Positions 12,977-26,674 of a DNA stretch of 53,899 nucleotides are shown here, piece after piece (position 1 is the first letter of the stretch; every line of letters starts with the position of its first letter). The translations under genes and the position numbers were made by a program. Location: the NCBI GenBank assembly GCA_049724395.1, contig JAUGWO010000002.1:62001-115899 (forward strand), given 5' to 3'. This DNA is from Spongospora subterranea f. sp. subterranea. Lineage: Eukaryota. Below the pieces are notes generated by a model. It was not told where the DNA came from. It did not search any database and saw nothing but the letters and a program-made list of their open reading frames with translations.

Positions 12977-14405
12977 ATGGGCCAATGCTCTACGAAATCA
13001 GAGGTCTCACAACCGAACAACAACATGTCTCAACCTGCCGATATCGCGGATAGGTTCGGTATTTTGCAACGCTCACCGTGGGAGGTTTATGAGCGTCGTG
13101 GCGATATTGGAGAAGGAGGTTTCTCCAAGATTTATCGAGCACGCCATCGAACTACTGGCAAAGATGTGGCAATCAAGTCGCTAGATAAGATGCTCAAACA
13201 TTCGCGAGATACCTTCCTCATTGAAGTAAAACTGCTGAATGCTGTTAACCATGAGAGCGTTATCAATATTCATGAGACATATGAAGACAAGCATGCCTAC
13301 TACATCATCTTGGACCTATTGAGAGGCAAAAGATCTGTTCGAAGTGCTTGATGCGAAGCGTGATGTGTTCTCTGAAGTGATTGCTGCGACTCTAATCCGG
13401 TCAATGATGGAAGCCGTTCGGTACTGTCACAACAAGAACATCGTTCATCTCGATCTCAAACCGGAAAATTTCGTGTTCGAGAAAGCATCTGACATCAATC
13501 GACTTGTTTTGGTTGACTTTGGCTTGGGGCGAATTGTACGGGACGATGCATACTATCGTGATCGTGTTGGCTCAATGCAGTACATTGCACCAGAGATGAT
13601 TGAGGAAACCAGTGTATGTTCGGGAGTCACGTTGAAAGCGTGCGATCTGTGGTCCATGGGTGTTATACTCTATATCCTCGTCACCGGGCTTATTCCGTTT
13701 AGTAATTGGGAGGAAGTGAAAGTAGGGCGACTACGACTGACCAAGTCTATGTCAAAAGAGCTACGCGATCTTCTTAAAAATTTACTGACTCGAGATACTC
13801 ATAAGCGTCTAACTGCTGATCAAGTATTGAACCATCCATGGCTGACGAGCATGTCCGTCAAGAAAAACCCAATATACGAAGCAGTTGCAGCAGGTGTTGA
13901 CTACCTTGCGCAGAAGCCAAAGCTATCCCCATTGATGGAGAGTGTTGTCAGTTTGATGCATGAAAGCATTGTAACAGAGGACAAGCATGAGATAGACGCG
14001 CTCATCGAAGAATTCGACGTTGACAATGACGGAACATGGAACGAAATAGACATAAAGGGGTTTACGGAGCGGCTTGGCATCAAGGGTTCGGAGACAGTTC
14101 TAATTGAGCTATCAGACAAGACCGGAACAGGAATTGGCAAGCCTGAGCTAGTGTGGCTTGCGGCAATCGGCATGCTAGTTCAGAAGACAAATTCGTCTAA
14201 GAAGCGAATGGCGTTTTCATTCGGTCAGCGCAAGCCAAAACCATACATTACGAGGCAAGAGGTGATACGCGTTGGATTGAAGGGTATTGACCCGAAACTC
14301 ATTAACGACCTGTTTGCCAATGTACCAGTTCAAGAACGTAGCAGCATAGTACTGTTTGAAGATTTTGCAGACGCCATTGTTGCGTCCAATACATTAGACA
14401 GTTAG
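12977..14405 (+). CDS. CDPK/CaMK-like Ser/Thr kinase with EF-hands; intronless; +1 frameshift at ~13328-13331
   Basis: MGQC N-terminus, GEGGFS, VAIK, HLDLKPEN, DFG, APE, DLWSMG and an EF loop DVDNDGTWNEID. The two ORFs join as LRGKDLFEV if one A of the AAAA run is removed. Confidence 0.85.
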
Positions 14406-14458
14406 TTTTATCGGGATTTTCAAATATAAGCAACATTTCTGCCATTATTTGCCACCAA

Positions 14459-16509
14459 CTAAACGGGAACACTACCCAGATCCATGCTTACGCCTCGAGA
14501 TATTCCCTTACCATCAATTCCGGCCATTACGAAATCCAACAGGTCAATCCGGGTTACAACTCCAAATACAACGGTTTTCTCAGTGACTTGATTGTGGCTT
14601 GAGGCACATTTCTGGGTAGATACCACTAAAACGAAGTGGTGCGTTTCGAAAACCCGGGAAAGTGTTCCCAACGGAGTGTCAATCTTGATTTGCTTGAATT
14701 TTCCATCTGCAAACAGCTTTGTTATTCAAAGTTTGTAAGCAGTTGCATTCATACATAGAACTTCCGAGATTGGCGCTGATCCTCGTACACGGCCTCCGCG
14801 TAAATGTGAGATTAGATTTCCCTCAGTAATCATGCCAAGCACCTCATTTTCCGAGTTGACCACTGGCAACTGATCGAAACCGTGATCCTGCACAAAGAAA
14901 AACTGTCAGGCATGGAAGCTGCCTTTGCGGAGAAACACAACATGCATAAGTCGAATTGCGTCCTTGCAAGACATTGTGGGAAGGGCAGTCATGGGAGAAT
15001 TGAGATTTAGATCGGATACCTTTAAAAAATTGTTTAATTTCCACCGTAATTTGAAGAACCGAATTACACAATACCCTCTTGTCATACCACCAACAAGATT
15101 TCGAATTGACCTCCAACATCGCCGAATCCAAGAAGTCATGATCGGCCATCCAGTCATCATTCAAATGCTTGCTCATGTAATTACGGATTGAATCCGGTAA
15201 AATAATCACACAACGTTGCCCCGCTTTCAAGGACCGTGCCGCCTGGATATGGAACTTATCAACTGTAACAACATACATGGAGCTTCATTACCATTAGAGC
15301 GGCAGATGTTGTTGCGCCCGATGATCCCCCACAAAGAAGGCCTTCTTCTCGAATAAGCCTACGCGCCATTTTCAGCGACGACCCATCCTCTGTCTTGATC
15401 CACATATCGACATGACTTCGATCTAAAACTTCTGGGACGAAATCATAACCAATTCCTTCCACCTGCGAACTACACTTAGCAAGCCTTTGTATGCTGCTTT
15501 CAATTTACCTGATATGACTTCACTGGCCCGTTTAGCGATTCCGGTAGAGCCAAAAGCGAACCAACGGGGTCAACTCCTACGACTACAATGTTCGGAAGTA
15601 GCTCTTTCAACCGCTTACTAACCCCAGCAATGGTTCCTCCTTGAATTGTAAAACCACGTAAACAGTTTGACAAAGAAAAGACAAAGTATCAAGTACCTGT
15701 CCCAGCTGCCACGACAATCATATCGATACGGCCATTACATTGAAGATATATTTCTTCAGCGGTGCCTTCATAGTGCGCCAACGGATTCGATGGATTTCTA
15801 AAATCTTGTTAAGGAAGCATGAATCACGTACATCGTACAGTTACTAACTTATATTGGTCAAGAATATGACTATTTTCGATTTCTCGTTGGAGTCGTATAG
15901 CGACAGATATATGCGATTCCGGAGAATCCCATGCTGCTTCGGTTGGAGTACGAATAATTTCAGCACCAAGAGCCTTTAATATATCAACCTAAACATGTAT
16001 AGGCATTTGCACCTCATTTAGATTAACAGACAAGTATGTTAACCTTCTCTTGACTCATTTTTTCAGGCATTGTAATTATCATACGATAGCCTTTGATTGC
16101 GGCAGCAAGTGCTAAACCGATGCCAGTATTTCCTGACGTTGGTTCAATAAGTGTATCACCTGGTTTGATCCTTCCTGACTTTTCGGCATCTTCGACCATT
16201 TTCAAACCGATTCTATCCTTAATTGAGCCCCCAGCGTTGAAAAATTCGCATTTGGCAACTGACAGGCGGCATCGATTAGCAACTAACGACGTCTCCTGAT
16301 TCAATGTACTTACCGAGTTCGCATTCAATGCCTTCTCTCACACCGATCTTGTTAAGCTTAACAATAGGAGTACCGCCAATATGACCAAGGATACTGTCAA
16401 GAATCTGCGGTTTGCCGAACCTAACAGTTGGTCAATTACCAATGAGGGTCAAGAGGTTTAGAGTAGGCACTAACTTCCATTTCGGCGTCGCTGCTGAGGA
16501 GCTAGACAT
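14459..16509 (-). CDS. CBS: Cystathionine beta-synthase, multi-exon
   Basis: [50 protein letters not shown] and [18 protein letters not shown], followed by C-terminal CBS domains ([11 protein letters not shown]). Confidence 0.95.
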
Positions 16510-17299
16510 TTTGCTCAGCCGAGTTTCGAAGAAAGCGAGGTTTCAAAACAACTGAGGGCCGCGTCAAACCTTACTGGAACATCCGATACAGCAACATGCC
16601 TATACCGTACCGTACCGTACCCCCTGTGTACAAACGCACTTGGGATTGTGCGAATAATTTTGAGCCGGCCAGTCGAGGTCGCCACTTGCCACAGTAGTTT
16701 CACTTGATGACCGCCAAATTCAGACACTGCTCGGGGCAGCCCGAGTCAGTCAGTCACAGTTGACATTTGACGATGGACGATTGTAGCGATGGGGTATCAC
16801 ATCGTGCTATCGTTCAACGTGCCAATGTTGTGCCAAACAAATTCGACACCTCGATCTCTATTAATTATCAATCGAGAGGCTAGCGACCGACTACAGTAAA
16901 CGTATATTTGCAACTGACCACGACGTTTACTGAATGTTTCGTGGATGTCTGGCAACCATGTCTTCCTCTTCACCCATATTCTTTCGACGCAGTCTTTCCA
17001 CTGTTTGCGTTGCGTGATGAGCGACTTAATACTGATGAAAGTTACACTTTTGTAAAGAAAAATTGACGACCAGTGACTCGCACCCCTTTTTTTTACGAAA
17101 TTTATTATGAATTCAATATATATTTAGGACATAGATTGACGCAAGAAAAGGTTAATGAACGGTTATGATGCGGCAATCAGGTCCAATGAAAAGCCTCCTT
17201 GACGCAGATACCGAACCCTAGTTCGCCTGGCGTAACGTTCGCGACACGAACTTGAAAGAATACGACAGGCCACTGCCATTTTTGCGTCTAGAATTGGTG

Positions 17300-18170
17300 T
17301 TTGGTGAAAAAAACGGCCTGGATTTGCCCTGCTATTACAAACGATGATGTTCGAAAGTAATCAAGGAAGATGGTGGACCGATGAATCTGAGGAAGAAACC
17401 TTTTGCTCGGCTTGCGCTATGCATGGTTTCCGCGCTCCTATCACTACATTTCTCAGCCAGTCGCCTCGCGCCTTGGAAATGCGCCACCCTTTGCTGACCA
17501 ACGGCGACAAGCTTCTCGATGGACGCGTCTGTGAACCTGCTAGTGATAATACGCTGCTCTTCCTCGTCCCAAAATTGATACCCTTTAGATTTGTTGGATA
17601 TATGATGAAGGCAACCTTGCGCCCTGTATACTCCGCTCCGTTGACACTGCGATTGATGAGAACCTGGCCAATGTGATATTGTGGTCGCAAGCTCAAGTTA
17701 TTAGCATCACTGAGGATTAAATTAGGGCAGTATTGATGAATAATAAACGCATTTAAAAACAATCAAAGCAAAAATACTTCGAAGAAACAGAGCTGTTTTT
17801 CCAAATGGCAAACTTGAGCTGGACGGATTAAGAGTTGCTGAGCCTATGGCCTCGAGCTATGGGTGTTTTCACAGTCCATAGTTGGATAATGGTCATCGCA
17901 GAAGTCTAGACATGCAGGACCTCGATATTACAGTGACATTGCTGTTTGTTAAGTTCGCACGGAACCCGACGCGCGAGTACCATGAGAACCCTTTGCTGGT
18001 ATGGAAAAGCCACGGGAATGGGCGCGAAACATTGCTTCACATTGTTTCGGCAAACGAACAAGACGCCCGTTCAAATGAGCAATGCTTAAGATCTGGAAGC
18101 TCCAAAACACTACTCGAAATTCCCAACACTGTGATCAATCGGTTGTCCCGGCGCTTGACAATTTGATATT
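17300..18170 (+). pseudogene. Possible highly degenerate hAT-like transposase relic
   Basis: Fragments RWWTDESEEETFCSACAMH (cf. D.WT...H) and ENPLLVWKSH..NRLS (cf. hAT dimerisation-domain DPL.WW..RNRL), broken by stops. The resemblance is weak. Confidence 0.25.
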
Positions 18171-18358
18171 GACTAAGGTACTAAAATACGCTCAGTCCGA
18201 TGCGAAACCATGCTGTTGAAGGAACAGAATTTTCGAAAAAGAAACAAAATCACCCTCAAATCGCAGCTTCACGTGGCAGATTATACGTTTTGCTAAAGTC
18301 CGCGAAAGCTCTCTCCCCTTTCTCGGCGCGCTTGCTCTGGAGACAACGAAGCCATTCC

Positions 18359-18820
18359 ATGATGACTCGAGAAATACTGGTGTTATATGAAAGAAATTCA
18401 TCGAAAGACGACGAGCTTCTTGCCGCCTGTGTCAGAATTGAACGTCGACTGTTTCCTAAACATGAAAGCCTTGCCTCAACCATGAGTGTGGAGGCCAGAA
18501 AAAAATCGCAGAGAACGGTGGTGATGACTATCGATAAAGACACGGTTGCTGGCTATATGATAATAACAAACAGTGGGAATGTGCTCAAGCTCGCAGTAAA
18601 CCCACTCAACCAAAGAACCGGTGTCGCACGATCATTATTGTTATGGGCGAAAAAACAGCACCTTAGCCTAATGCTCCACGTGGACCCAGAGCGGATCGCC
18701 GCCGTATCGCTATACAGAGACCAAGGTTTCGAGGAAGTCACTACGGTTTCCGATTTCTACCAACGCGGAAGAAATGCCATACTCATGCAATGGCGACATC
18801 CAACAACCAATGAAAAATAA
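18359..18820 (+). CDS. GNAT acetyltransferase (RimI-like), intronless
   Basis: IERRLFPKHES, VLKLAV..QRTGVARSLL, LHVDPERIAAVSLYRDQGF and DFYQRGRNAILM. The start may be upstream at 18200. Confidence 0.85.
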   Translation: MMTREILVLYERNSSKDDELLAACVRIERRLFPKHESLASTMSVEARKKSQRTVVMTIDKDTVAGYMIITNSGNVLKLAVNPLNQRTGVARSLLLWAKKQHLSLMLHVDPERIAAVSLYRDQGFEEVTTVSDFYQRGRNAILMQWRHPTTNEK

Positions 18821-18977
18821 TGAAGAAAGTCTGAAGGTTGTCGTACTGGTGTACTGATAGTGAGAGTGCAACAGCGGCGCCTTCACAGTTGTATTTGGTG
18901 TACATAACACCGCGAGACAATTTACACATTGTCGCACTTTCGTGCTGATCTCGTCTGATTTTGGGGGGTCTCGCTCA

Positions 18978-21900
18978 ATGAGCAATAGAGAAAGTGCTCG
19001 GGAAGCGTGCAGCTGCCATTGCCAGGAAGACCTGATAAATATTGCTGAGGATTGCCGTCAGTTTGAGGCTAAATATGTTGAAATTCGAAAGGAAGGTGAG
19101 CTCCTGTATCAACAGTATGAAGTGAAATCGGCTAAATTGCGAGAAGCGATTGAGTTGAGTAATCATCTGACTGATGAGAATCAAGTTAGTCCGCCTTCCT
19201 TGATCCAGAAATATGCTGAACCATATTCTTCAGAAATTACTTGACCAAAATCAGAGTTTGGCGGAACGATTAGCGAGGAGTCTCAAGGAGAAAAGTCAAC
19301 TCGAACAAAATGCTAAAGAAGAGTTCGAAAAAATCATGTCACAGGTTAGGCAAGAAAGAAAAGAGACCGCAGAGCGATTCGCATCCGCAACTTCTCAGCA
19401 CCACGAGCTGCTAGTGCAAATAGAAGAAGCTAAACGAAAGCAGGATCCTGCGGTGAAAATCGATATTCAGGTTGTCATTATACTGCCCCTAAATATTTGG
19501 TTTTAAATTCCTGGATTAGATTGTATTTCCAAGTGGCCCATCTCCGGCAGCTGCTCGCGCATCTGAGCTCTATACCATTGCTGAGCCTGCAATCCTCGAG
19601 TCGATGACTAGTGATGAACTTCGCGAACAACTCGATCAAGGTAAATTGGAAACCACTTCACAGCGTTGGGTTTATAAGTCTTTGGCTACAGTTTGTATCA
19701 GTAACGAACTTCTTAGACATGAAACCAATGACCTGCAATCCGCAGTGCAAGCGCTAGAGAAGAAGTGTACTTTGCAAGCCCAGGACCTGTCTAAAAAAGA
19801 AATTCAAATCCACGAAGCGATGGAAAAACTTTCTGCTACTTCCTCATTGAAACCTCTCATCAACGAATATGAGAAACGTTTGTATGGGCTTTTCTTTTGC
19901 TCTCAATTATTAACGTGTGTTTTTCATCAGAAATCGTTTCTCTTCAAGCGACATATGATTCAGCGGTCTCTGAATCGCATACGGCACAGCAGGCTTATTC
20001 TGACCTAATCGCGCACGTCAATGAACTTAGCTCATCGTTTGACACGTAATTAATAATTTTACTTTGAGCGCCGATATTGAGATGGTTTCTATGTTAGGGA
20101 GCGCAAAAGAAATGAGTCCGCGCTGGAGTTGCTACGTCAAGAGCATGAAAGGGAGATGAATTCTTGCAACTCGGTTATCGATGACCTACGCAAGCAAATT
20201 GCTGATTCCGAGGTACCCTGTTTCCATTGGGTTGGCGATGTACCCTCAATTTTGATTGTTCCTAAACAGGGACAGTCCTCTTCCCTTGTCCATGCCCATT
20301 CCCAATTGGCATCCCTGCGTGACCAAGATCAGCGTTTAAGGGCTCAACTGGTGCAGCAACAGCAGGCTTACAAAAACGCGCAGGTATCAACGCCGATGGC
20401 TCTGTTAATCTTTGAAATTCATTTTCATGACGCTAGGCGGATCTTAAACGCGTTTACGCGAAACATAAAAAGGACCTTCATGATTTGGAAGAAAAATTTC
20501 GGCATGGAGAGTACATTGACCGGTACGAAAAGATGGCTTTACGGGCACAAAAAGTTGAAGCAGCTTGTACAGTTGTTGCCCAAGCTGCGCCACGACTTCA
20601 ACGCGTTATCCAGGTATAAGTATTTTCATACGTTTGTGAGTTTTGCACTCACATTACTCCAGAACAACAGCAAAATTGTCAACTTGTTATCCTCTAAAAA
20701 GGCCTTGTTACTAAAAGAATGGCAAAGCCTCAACACTCAACGATTAGAGACCGAGGCTGCTATTGCCAAAATGCAAGCAGAGGTTTCATCTGTCAATAGT
20801 GAATCTCAGGCTTTGAGAAATATGGTATTGCATTCAATGTGGAATCCCATTGTTTGTAACTCTTCAAATCAGGTTGATTCTCTATCTTTAAAAGCAATCA
20901 CTTTGGAGCAAGAGGCAGAATGGCACAAGCTCCAAGCAGATGGTCATTTAGAAGAGAATCAAAACTTGTGTAAACATATTCGTTTGCTTGCCGTTGAGGT
21001 AATCGAATATAAGTTTTGATATGTGTATCGCTTATATTTTCATTTAGACGATTATGAACAGTATCGTGTCTTGCGCCGTTTTAAAAGGCGAAGAAAAATT
21101 ACGTTCATCTGTCTCCGAAAGTATACTCAACCAGCAACGGTCGGAATTAGAACAGCAAAGAGCGGTACTGCAGCAACAACAGACCCAACTGGATATCGAA
21201 ATTCGAATTCAGCAGCAGCGGATGGAGCAGCTAAATACAGGTATGCTTAGCTATTTACTCTGCAAAAAAGAATCGTAATGCGGTGCCAGAAATTGCTGGT
21301 TTTGAGGAAATCGAAATGAAAGCGGCCTCTGAGCAGTCTGAATTGCGCAGATTAAAAAGGGAGAGAGATGAACTTACAGTGAGCTTTCATCCAGCGATGT
21401 TTCACTTCGTTTGAACGTTTTCCAGGAATTTATTGAACAAGAGAGGCAAATCAATTTTGAAATGATGTCAGATTTAGAAAGGCAGAATATTCAAGCTAAG
21501 GAAGAGCTCCAAGTCCTTCAAGTACAGGATTTGTTGATGTTTATCGTGTCATTGAATTTTGCACAGGAAGAGGTTGTTCGGCTAAAAGGTGAATTACAAG
21601 TTTGTGGCACAGTTGTTTCTGAACAAGATTCTTCTGGTGATGAAGTGTTGCAAAATGTATTCAAATCTCACATGGAGAAATCAGTTTTGCTGAAACTTTG
21701 GGGTTTTTAGGAAATCGCGGTTTTACGTAGAAAAATTACGGAACTCTCAGACGATCTGCTTCAGAAGCAAGGAGAAAATGATGCACTTGCCAGGTCTCAG
21801 GCAACGCTTACGTCTACGCTTTCGGTGTGTTCATATCGAGTTGTTTCGCGGAGTCATTGCTAACATTTATCGGTTGTAAATACAGGCGACGCAGCAAGAG

Positions 21901-23196
21901 TTATTGTCCATGACAGCAATCTCTGAGGTTAGCTTTCATCAAATATTTGTCCGGATGCCTTTTAATTCCGCTATCACCAGGGGTTGCAAATGCAAACTGC
22001 GTTAACTGAAGAGCTCACAGTTAAACTGGAAGACGCGGAACTAATCAAACAGCAATTATGCTCTGCTCAAAGTGAAAACGACAAAGAGCTTGCCACGTTG
22101 CGTCAGAAGGTATCTTGAGTCTGTTGGCATATTCGATCTGCAGTTTACAGTAGATCAGGTCAAAAAGTATCAACAAGAGGCGGTCGCTTTAGAAGAAAGA
22201 ATCATCGATTTGACGACAGAGTTGGAAGACTCAGAAACGCAGTCGCAAAAACAGATGGATATGTCGCGTGATGTCATTGCAAAGCTTCAGGCATTTATTA
22301 TTCTGCTTCGCCCTGCTGCCAGCTCACAAACGTTTTCTTAGACGGATCGAGACCAACTGCAGGAACAAGTTCAAGAATGCTCATTCAAGATTGCCGCACA
22401 AAACGTATATGCTGCCTAGTTCAGCTGTTGGTGAAATGAATAATTTGCTCTGTTAGGGTCGCTTGCAAGCAATTGAAGCTAGGCATATTTCACATCAAGA
22501 ACAGCTGAAGGTTGCCGAAGCGGAGAAGTTACAGTTGCAGGTTGGTCTGTTTGAGAATCGATATTCCTGTGTTAATAATTGCTTCAAGATCCGTTTGGAC
22601 AGGTTCGAGTCTGATTGCAAAAAGTTGGATGAACAAGTATTGAATCTAGAACAACAAAAGCAACAGTTACAAGCTCAACTGTCGTCAGCTATTGCCAAGG
22701 CAGCCAGATCAATCGACACAGAGAATAGAGATCCGTCTAAAGAATCTATTCTTACTGAAGAAAATCAAAAGTATCAAATGAAGACGAAGCTACCTATACA
22801 GGCGATTTGCTGAACACTTCTTTATTGCACAGGCTTATCAAAGAAATAGAGTTGCATAAAAAGGCTTCTGATCAGTATGTGGAGAAGTTGAGGCAAGGCA
22901 TGATAGACTATAAGGTAAGGTTTGAGGAACGAGCAGTATTTTCACAGGATTTACTCATGTTGTTAGGCGAGAGGCGACAAAAAAATGGCAACGGCAGCTC
23001 ACAACTTTAAATTAGCTCTTCGACGGTGTGAGCAGTTGGAAACAGCGGTCGTCAAGGTAAAACACGTTCCATGTCTGGTCGCACCAACCAGGTTCTGAGT
23101 TGGCACCAGATGGGGACCACGTGCCCAGACAACCAGCTGGTTCGCGCTATCATCGAAGAAGTTGAAAAAAGCAAACTGCACATAAGTCTTACCTAA
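18978..23196 (+). CDS. Long coiled-coil protein of unknown family, many exons
   Basis: Successive E/Q/K/L-rich heptad exons separated by ~50-nt introns, ending ..AIIEEVEKSKLHISLT*. Confidence 0.75.
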
Positions 23197-23393
23197 TAAA
23201 TACATTATTGTGGTCTATACCTTGGTTTCCATGATACTCTCAGCCTGATCTTTTGCTTTTCCAGAAATCCGAGCGCTCAAACTTCTCGATGTTTTCTGTC
23301 GGAGTTTTACTCGGCCTCCTCTCCTGTCAACGAGGTTTTCCACATCGGATTTTTGACCTGAGGGAATATTATTGGCTTCACCTTTGACCCAAT

Positions 23394-25379
23394 ATGATTG
23401 GGCTGGGATGGATAGCTTGCTTGATGGCCATGGCTTCCCTGATTGATGGCTCTGGCGCTGCCATCCCGGTAATCATTTCACAGCGGGATCCATAAAGATC
23501 AGCTGATTTTATGGGCTCAATTTTCAGGTTAGCCATCTAGATGATTGGACAACTATGCCGAAGTTCATCATAACAAAGGAAAAGGATATCGATCCGTTGA
23601 TCAGTCAACAAAATCGTATTCCTAGTCGATCTTTTCCAATGACAGGAAGTAGTGGCGAAAATTACATCTGCTCCCTACCGACAGAGGAAGGAATCAGGAC
23701 ATCAATCAATGACACGTTGGGCGAATATGATTCGAGCATTCCTGTCGATATCAAACGAAATAACGCTGTTGAAACTTTCAAAAAATCCATTGGTGACCAA
23801 TGCTTCAAGAGAAATGAAGGTGGATTGTTTACAGTGCAAATAATAGAGACACTTATTTCATTTTTATCTAAGGTTTCTGGACATTCGAAATTTGCCCATT
23901 CAAATCGGCTCGTCAACTGCGTATGGAAGGATCAAGGGAAATGCTGTCGTTCTCATTAGGAGAGTTTCGGCGAGATTTCTGGAATGACGAAGGGAATTAC
24001 GTCCAGGAGTACGGAGGTGGAAGTGATCGCAGGCTGTGCACGGCAATATATTCTTGTAGAGAATCCCTCGCTTCTGGCATCCTTGTTTTCAGGGCAACAA
24101 CGGAACCTGTTCCTTATCAGGTAATGCCATTTGGTTCCGAAATTGTGTGATTTTTCCGCGTCGTACTAAAATGTCGTTTAGTATATGATGGATCTACAGA
24201 TATCGTCTGTATGTTTGGTTAAACCAGCACAGCGACTCTCACCTTCCTTCATGCTTTCTACGCTGGCAACCGAATGTATCCCTCTTGTCTGTTCACCTTT
24301 TCAGCACATTTTCGATTATGTTGTTCATACCTGTTTAGGACAAAGGATGGTGGTCCTATGAGTTCTGCTATCTCAAAAATATTCGTCAATACCATTCGGA
24401 AAGAGTGCAGTTAGACGGCGATCCGGCTGTCCCAGGCGCTGCCCGCTTCAAGACTATGATAAAGGACTCATTCATTTTGGGAAACTGGGCTGGAGCAAAT
24501 AATGACAGTGCTGAGATTAATTTGCGAACGACATTAGTTTCGGTACCAGAATTTCCATCGCAATCCTATATCTCTCAGGTAGGCTGAGTGTCGGATTCGT
24601 CAAACACTTGAGTTCCGAATTTGGTGATTATTTACAGAAATACACGGATGGGACTCCATGCGATCTTACAGGAACTAAACGAGAAACTGAGGTCAGGTTC
24701 ATGTGTAATAAACACTTCGAAGGAGCTCGGTTCGTTAGCGTCAAAGAAACGAAAACATGCTCGTATGTTGTCGTTGTCGAAACATCGCTCATTTGCTCCC
24801 ATCCCAGTTTCACTGTTGTTGAACCTGGTAACCCGGCGGTGTCTCCCTCCTACGCCAATCGACAATTTATATCGTTATTCTTTAGTTGTCTATGAAATTA
24901 AGTGTTTACGGGCCGCACCTGCCGCTGACGACAAGGATCCTCCTTCGCCAAAGGATGAATTGTCCATTGTTCCTCGAAAGTATTCTGATGTTGCTGCCAC
25001 GCAACAAGGTCAAGAGCTTGATCAATCTAATTTACCCATCAAGGATGATAAAATTACAGATGGGCTTACTTCCGCTGCCCTTCTCGAAAAAAAACCGCCA
25101 GTCGACGATGGCGCATTCGACAGCACAGGTGCTGATGATAAACAAAGCAAGGAACCAGCATCTGTATCAGAGCAAATGATTACAGCTACACAAATGGACA
25201 GCGCAACGGGGACGAAGTTCGAAGTTGGACTCGAGGCCGCCGTAGCCATTGCCAATCCATCCGGTGAAGTCAACGATGTTGTCGAAAAGAAGTCACAGAA
25301 CGTGGACAAGAAGTCGGATGAGAAGCCATCCGAACAACTTGGGACAGAAAACCAAGAGGAATTGAAAATCGAGCTGTAA
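23394..25379 (+). CDS. ERLEC1: ER lectin of the OS-9/ERLEC1 (XTP3-B) family with two MRH domains
   Basis: Signal peptide MIGLGWIACLMAMASL, two MRH-like units (FWTFEICPF; GWWSYEFCYLKNIRQYH..YTDGTPCDLTGTKRETEVRFMC..ETKTCSYVVVV) and a KDEL-like C-terminal KIEL. Confidence 0.75.
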
Positions 25380-25489
25380 ATAAATGCACCGTTTTAGAAT
25401 GAAAAAACGAGAATTGTAAGTGCGATATTTTTGTGGCTACGTGCTGTGTATTATAAATGACGAAAGATATGAAGGTTCGGTTGCTGAAC

Positions 25490-25950
25490 CTAAACACGGC
25501 TTGGGTACATGAACACGCGAACGTATGACCCAAGCGCCTGAGGAGGCAGATTGTTTCGGAATCCACATCGTACGATTCCGTTGTTGCCGTGAGCGCGCTG
25601 GACCGTTCCCCAGATGACCCGGAACTTGGACGACTTGGGGGCGTCCTGGCCCTTGGCAGAGCCCATGACCTTCTGGGGACGGGCCGCCTTGTAGATATAA
25701 GCGATGCGCTTTCCTAAATAGAAATCGACTTCATCCTTGTCGTTGACGCCTTCGATTTTGATCAGGGCCGTCTTGTGGATGACGGTGCTCTTGCGTCTCT
25801 TGTAAGAAACAAACACTCCCCGGGTATACAGCCTATATAATTGTATAAATACGGGACGCGCTGCGGAAGCGATTCCGATGCCCACCTAGAAGTAGTCTGG
25901 CCCTGTTTGCCTTCGGACGCCTTGACGGCCACCTGTTGGGATTCAGCCAT
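25490..25950 (-). CDS. RPL35A: 60S ribosomal protein L35a (eL33)
   Basis: RLYTRGVFVSYKR, ALIKIEGV, FYLGKRIAYIYKA, RVIWG and VRVFMYPSRV*. One intron at 25833-25885. Confidence 0.97.
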
Positions 25951-26674
25951 GATAATCGTCGTATGTGAGATGATGATGAGGAGGCCACCCTATAGAGCTA
26001 GTCCGTAGGTCCGTATACGGACTGCGCTCTATAGTAACAGAAGTCACATTAACGGCCGTGGCCATATATACTACTGCCAGCTCTGCAATGTCGTCAGCCA
26101 TGGTCAGCGATAGGCTCGTAATAATCCAGAGGGGACCAATGACCGCTGAGCGCTGGTTATTCCCACCACTCTGTGGATATCAATGGGTGGGCTGTGGTGC
26201 GAAATCGATAGTTCACTGTTAAGACGCAATAGCAGTCGTCAATCACTGTGGCTGATTTCACGACGTTGTTGAATGTGCAATTGCGGGTGTTAGGTTATAT
26301 GACTAGAGTAAATGTTTGACTGGTTCACGGCTTCGTGGCCTGTTGTTGTCGTTCTCCACATCTGAGTCTCAGCCCCGGTGCTTTTGAAGTAAAATAGCAA
26401 TAACAGAATAGCACATGTTTTTGACAAATTACATAGAATAGCACAGTTTATTGAATACTCATAAAATGGCATAGATATCGCACGCGATCAGGCCATTCTT
26501 TGAATATTCAAGAAAGCCTGCTATGTTGATGTATTTCTTCAAAAAATGGTGTTATTCTATGTATTCTCTGCAAAAAATAGGACAATTGTTAAAATATTTA
26601 CAGTGAAGCCTGAACTCCTCTTTGACTTCATCGATGTATTTTTGCATTTATTCTCTTAATCAGTCGTCATTTCA

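Noticed and set aside
26040..26300. ncRNA (snRNA, RNase P/MRP, SRP) between RPL35A and the next gene
   Set aside because: I could not find the conserved boxes of any of these RNAs.
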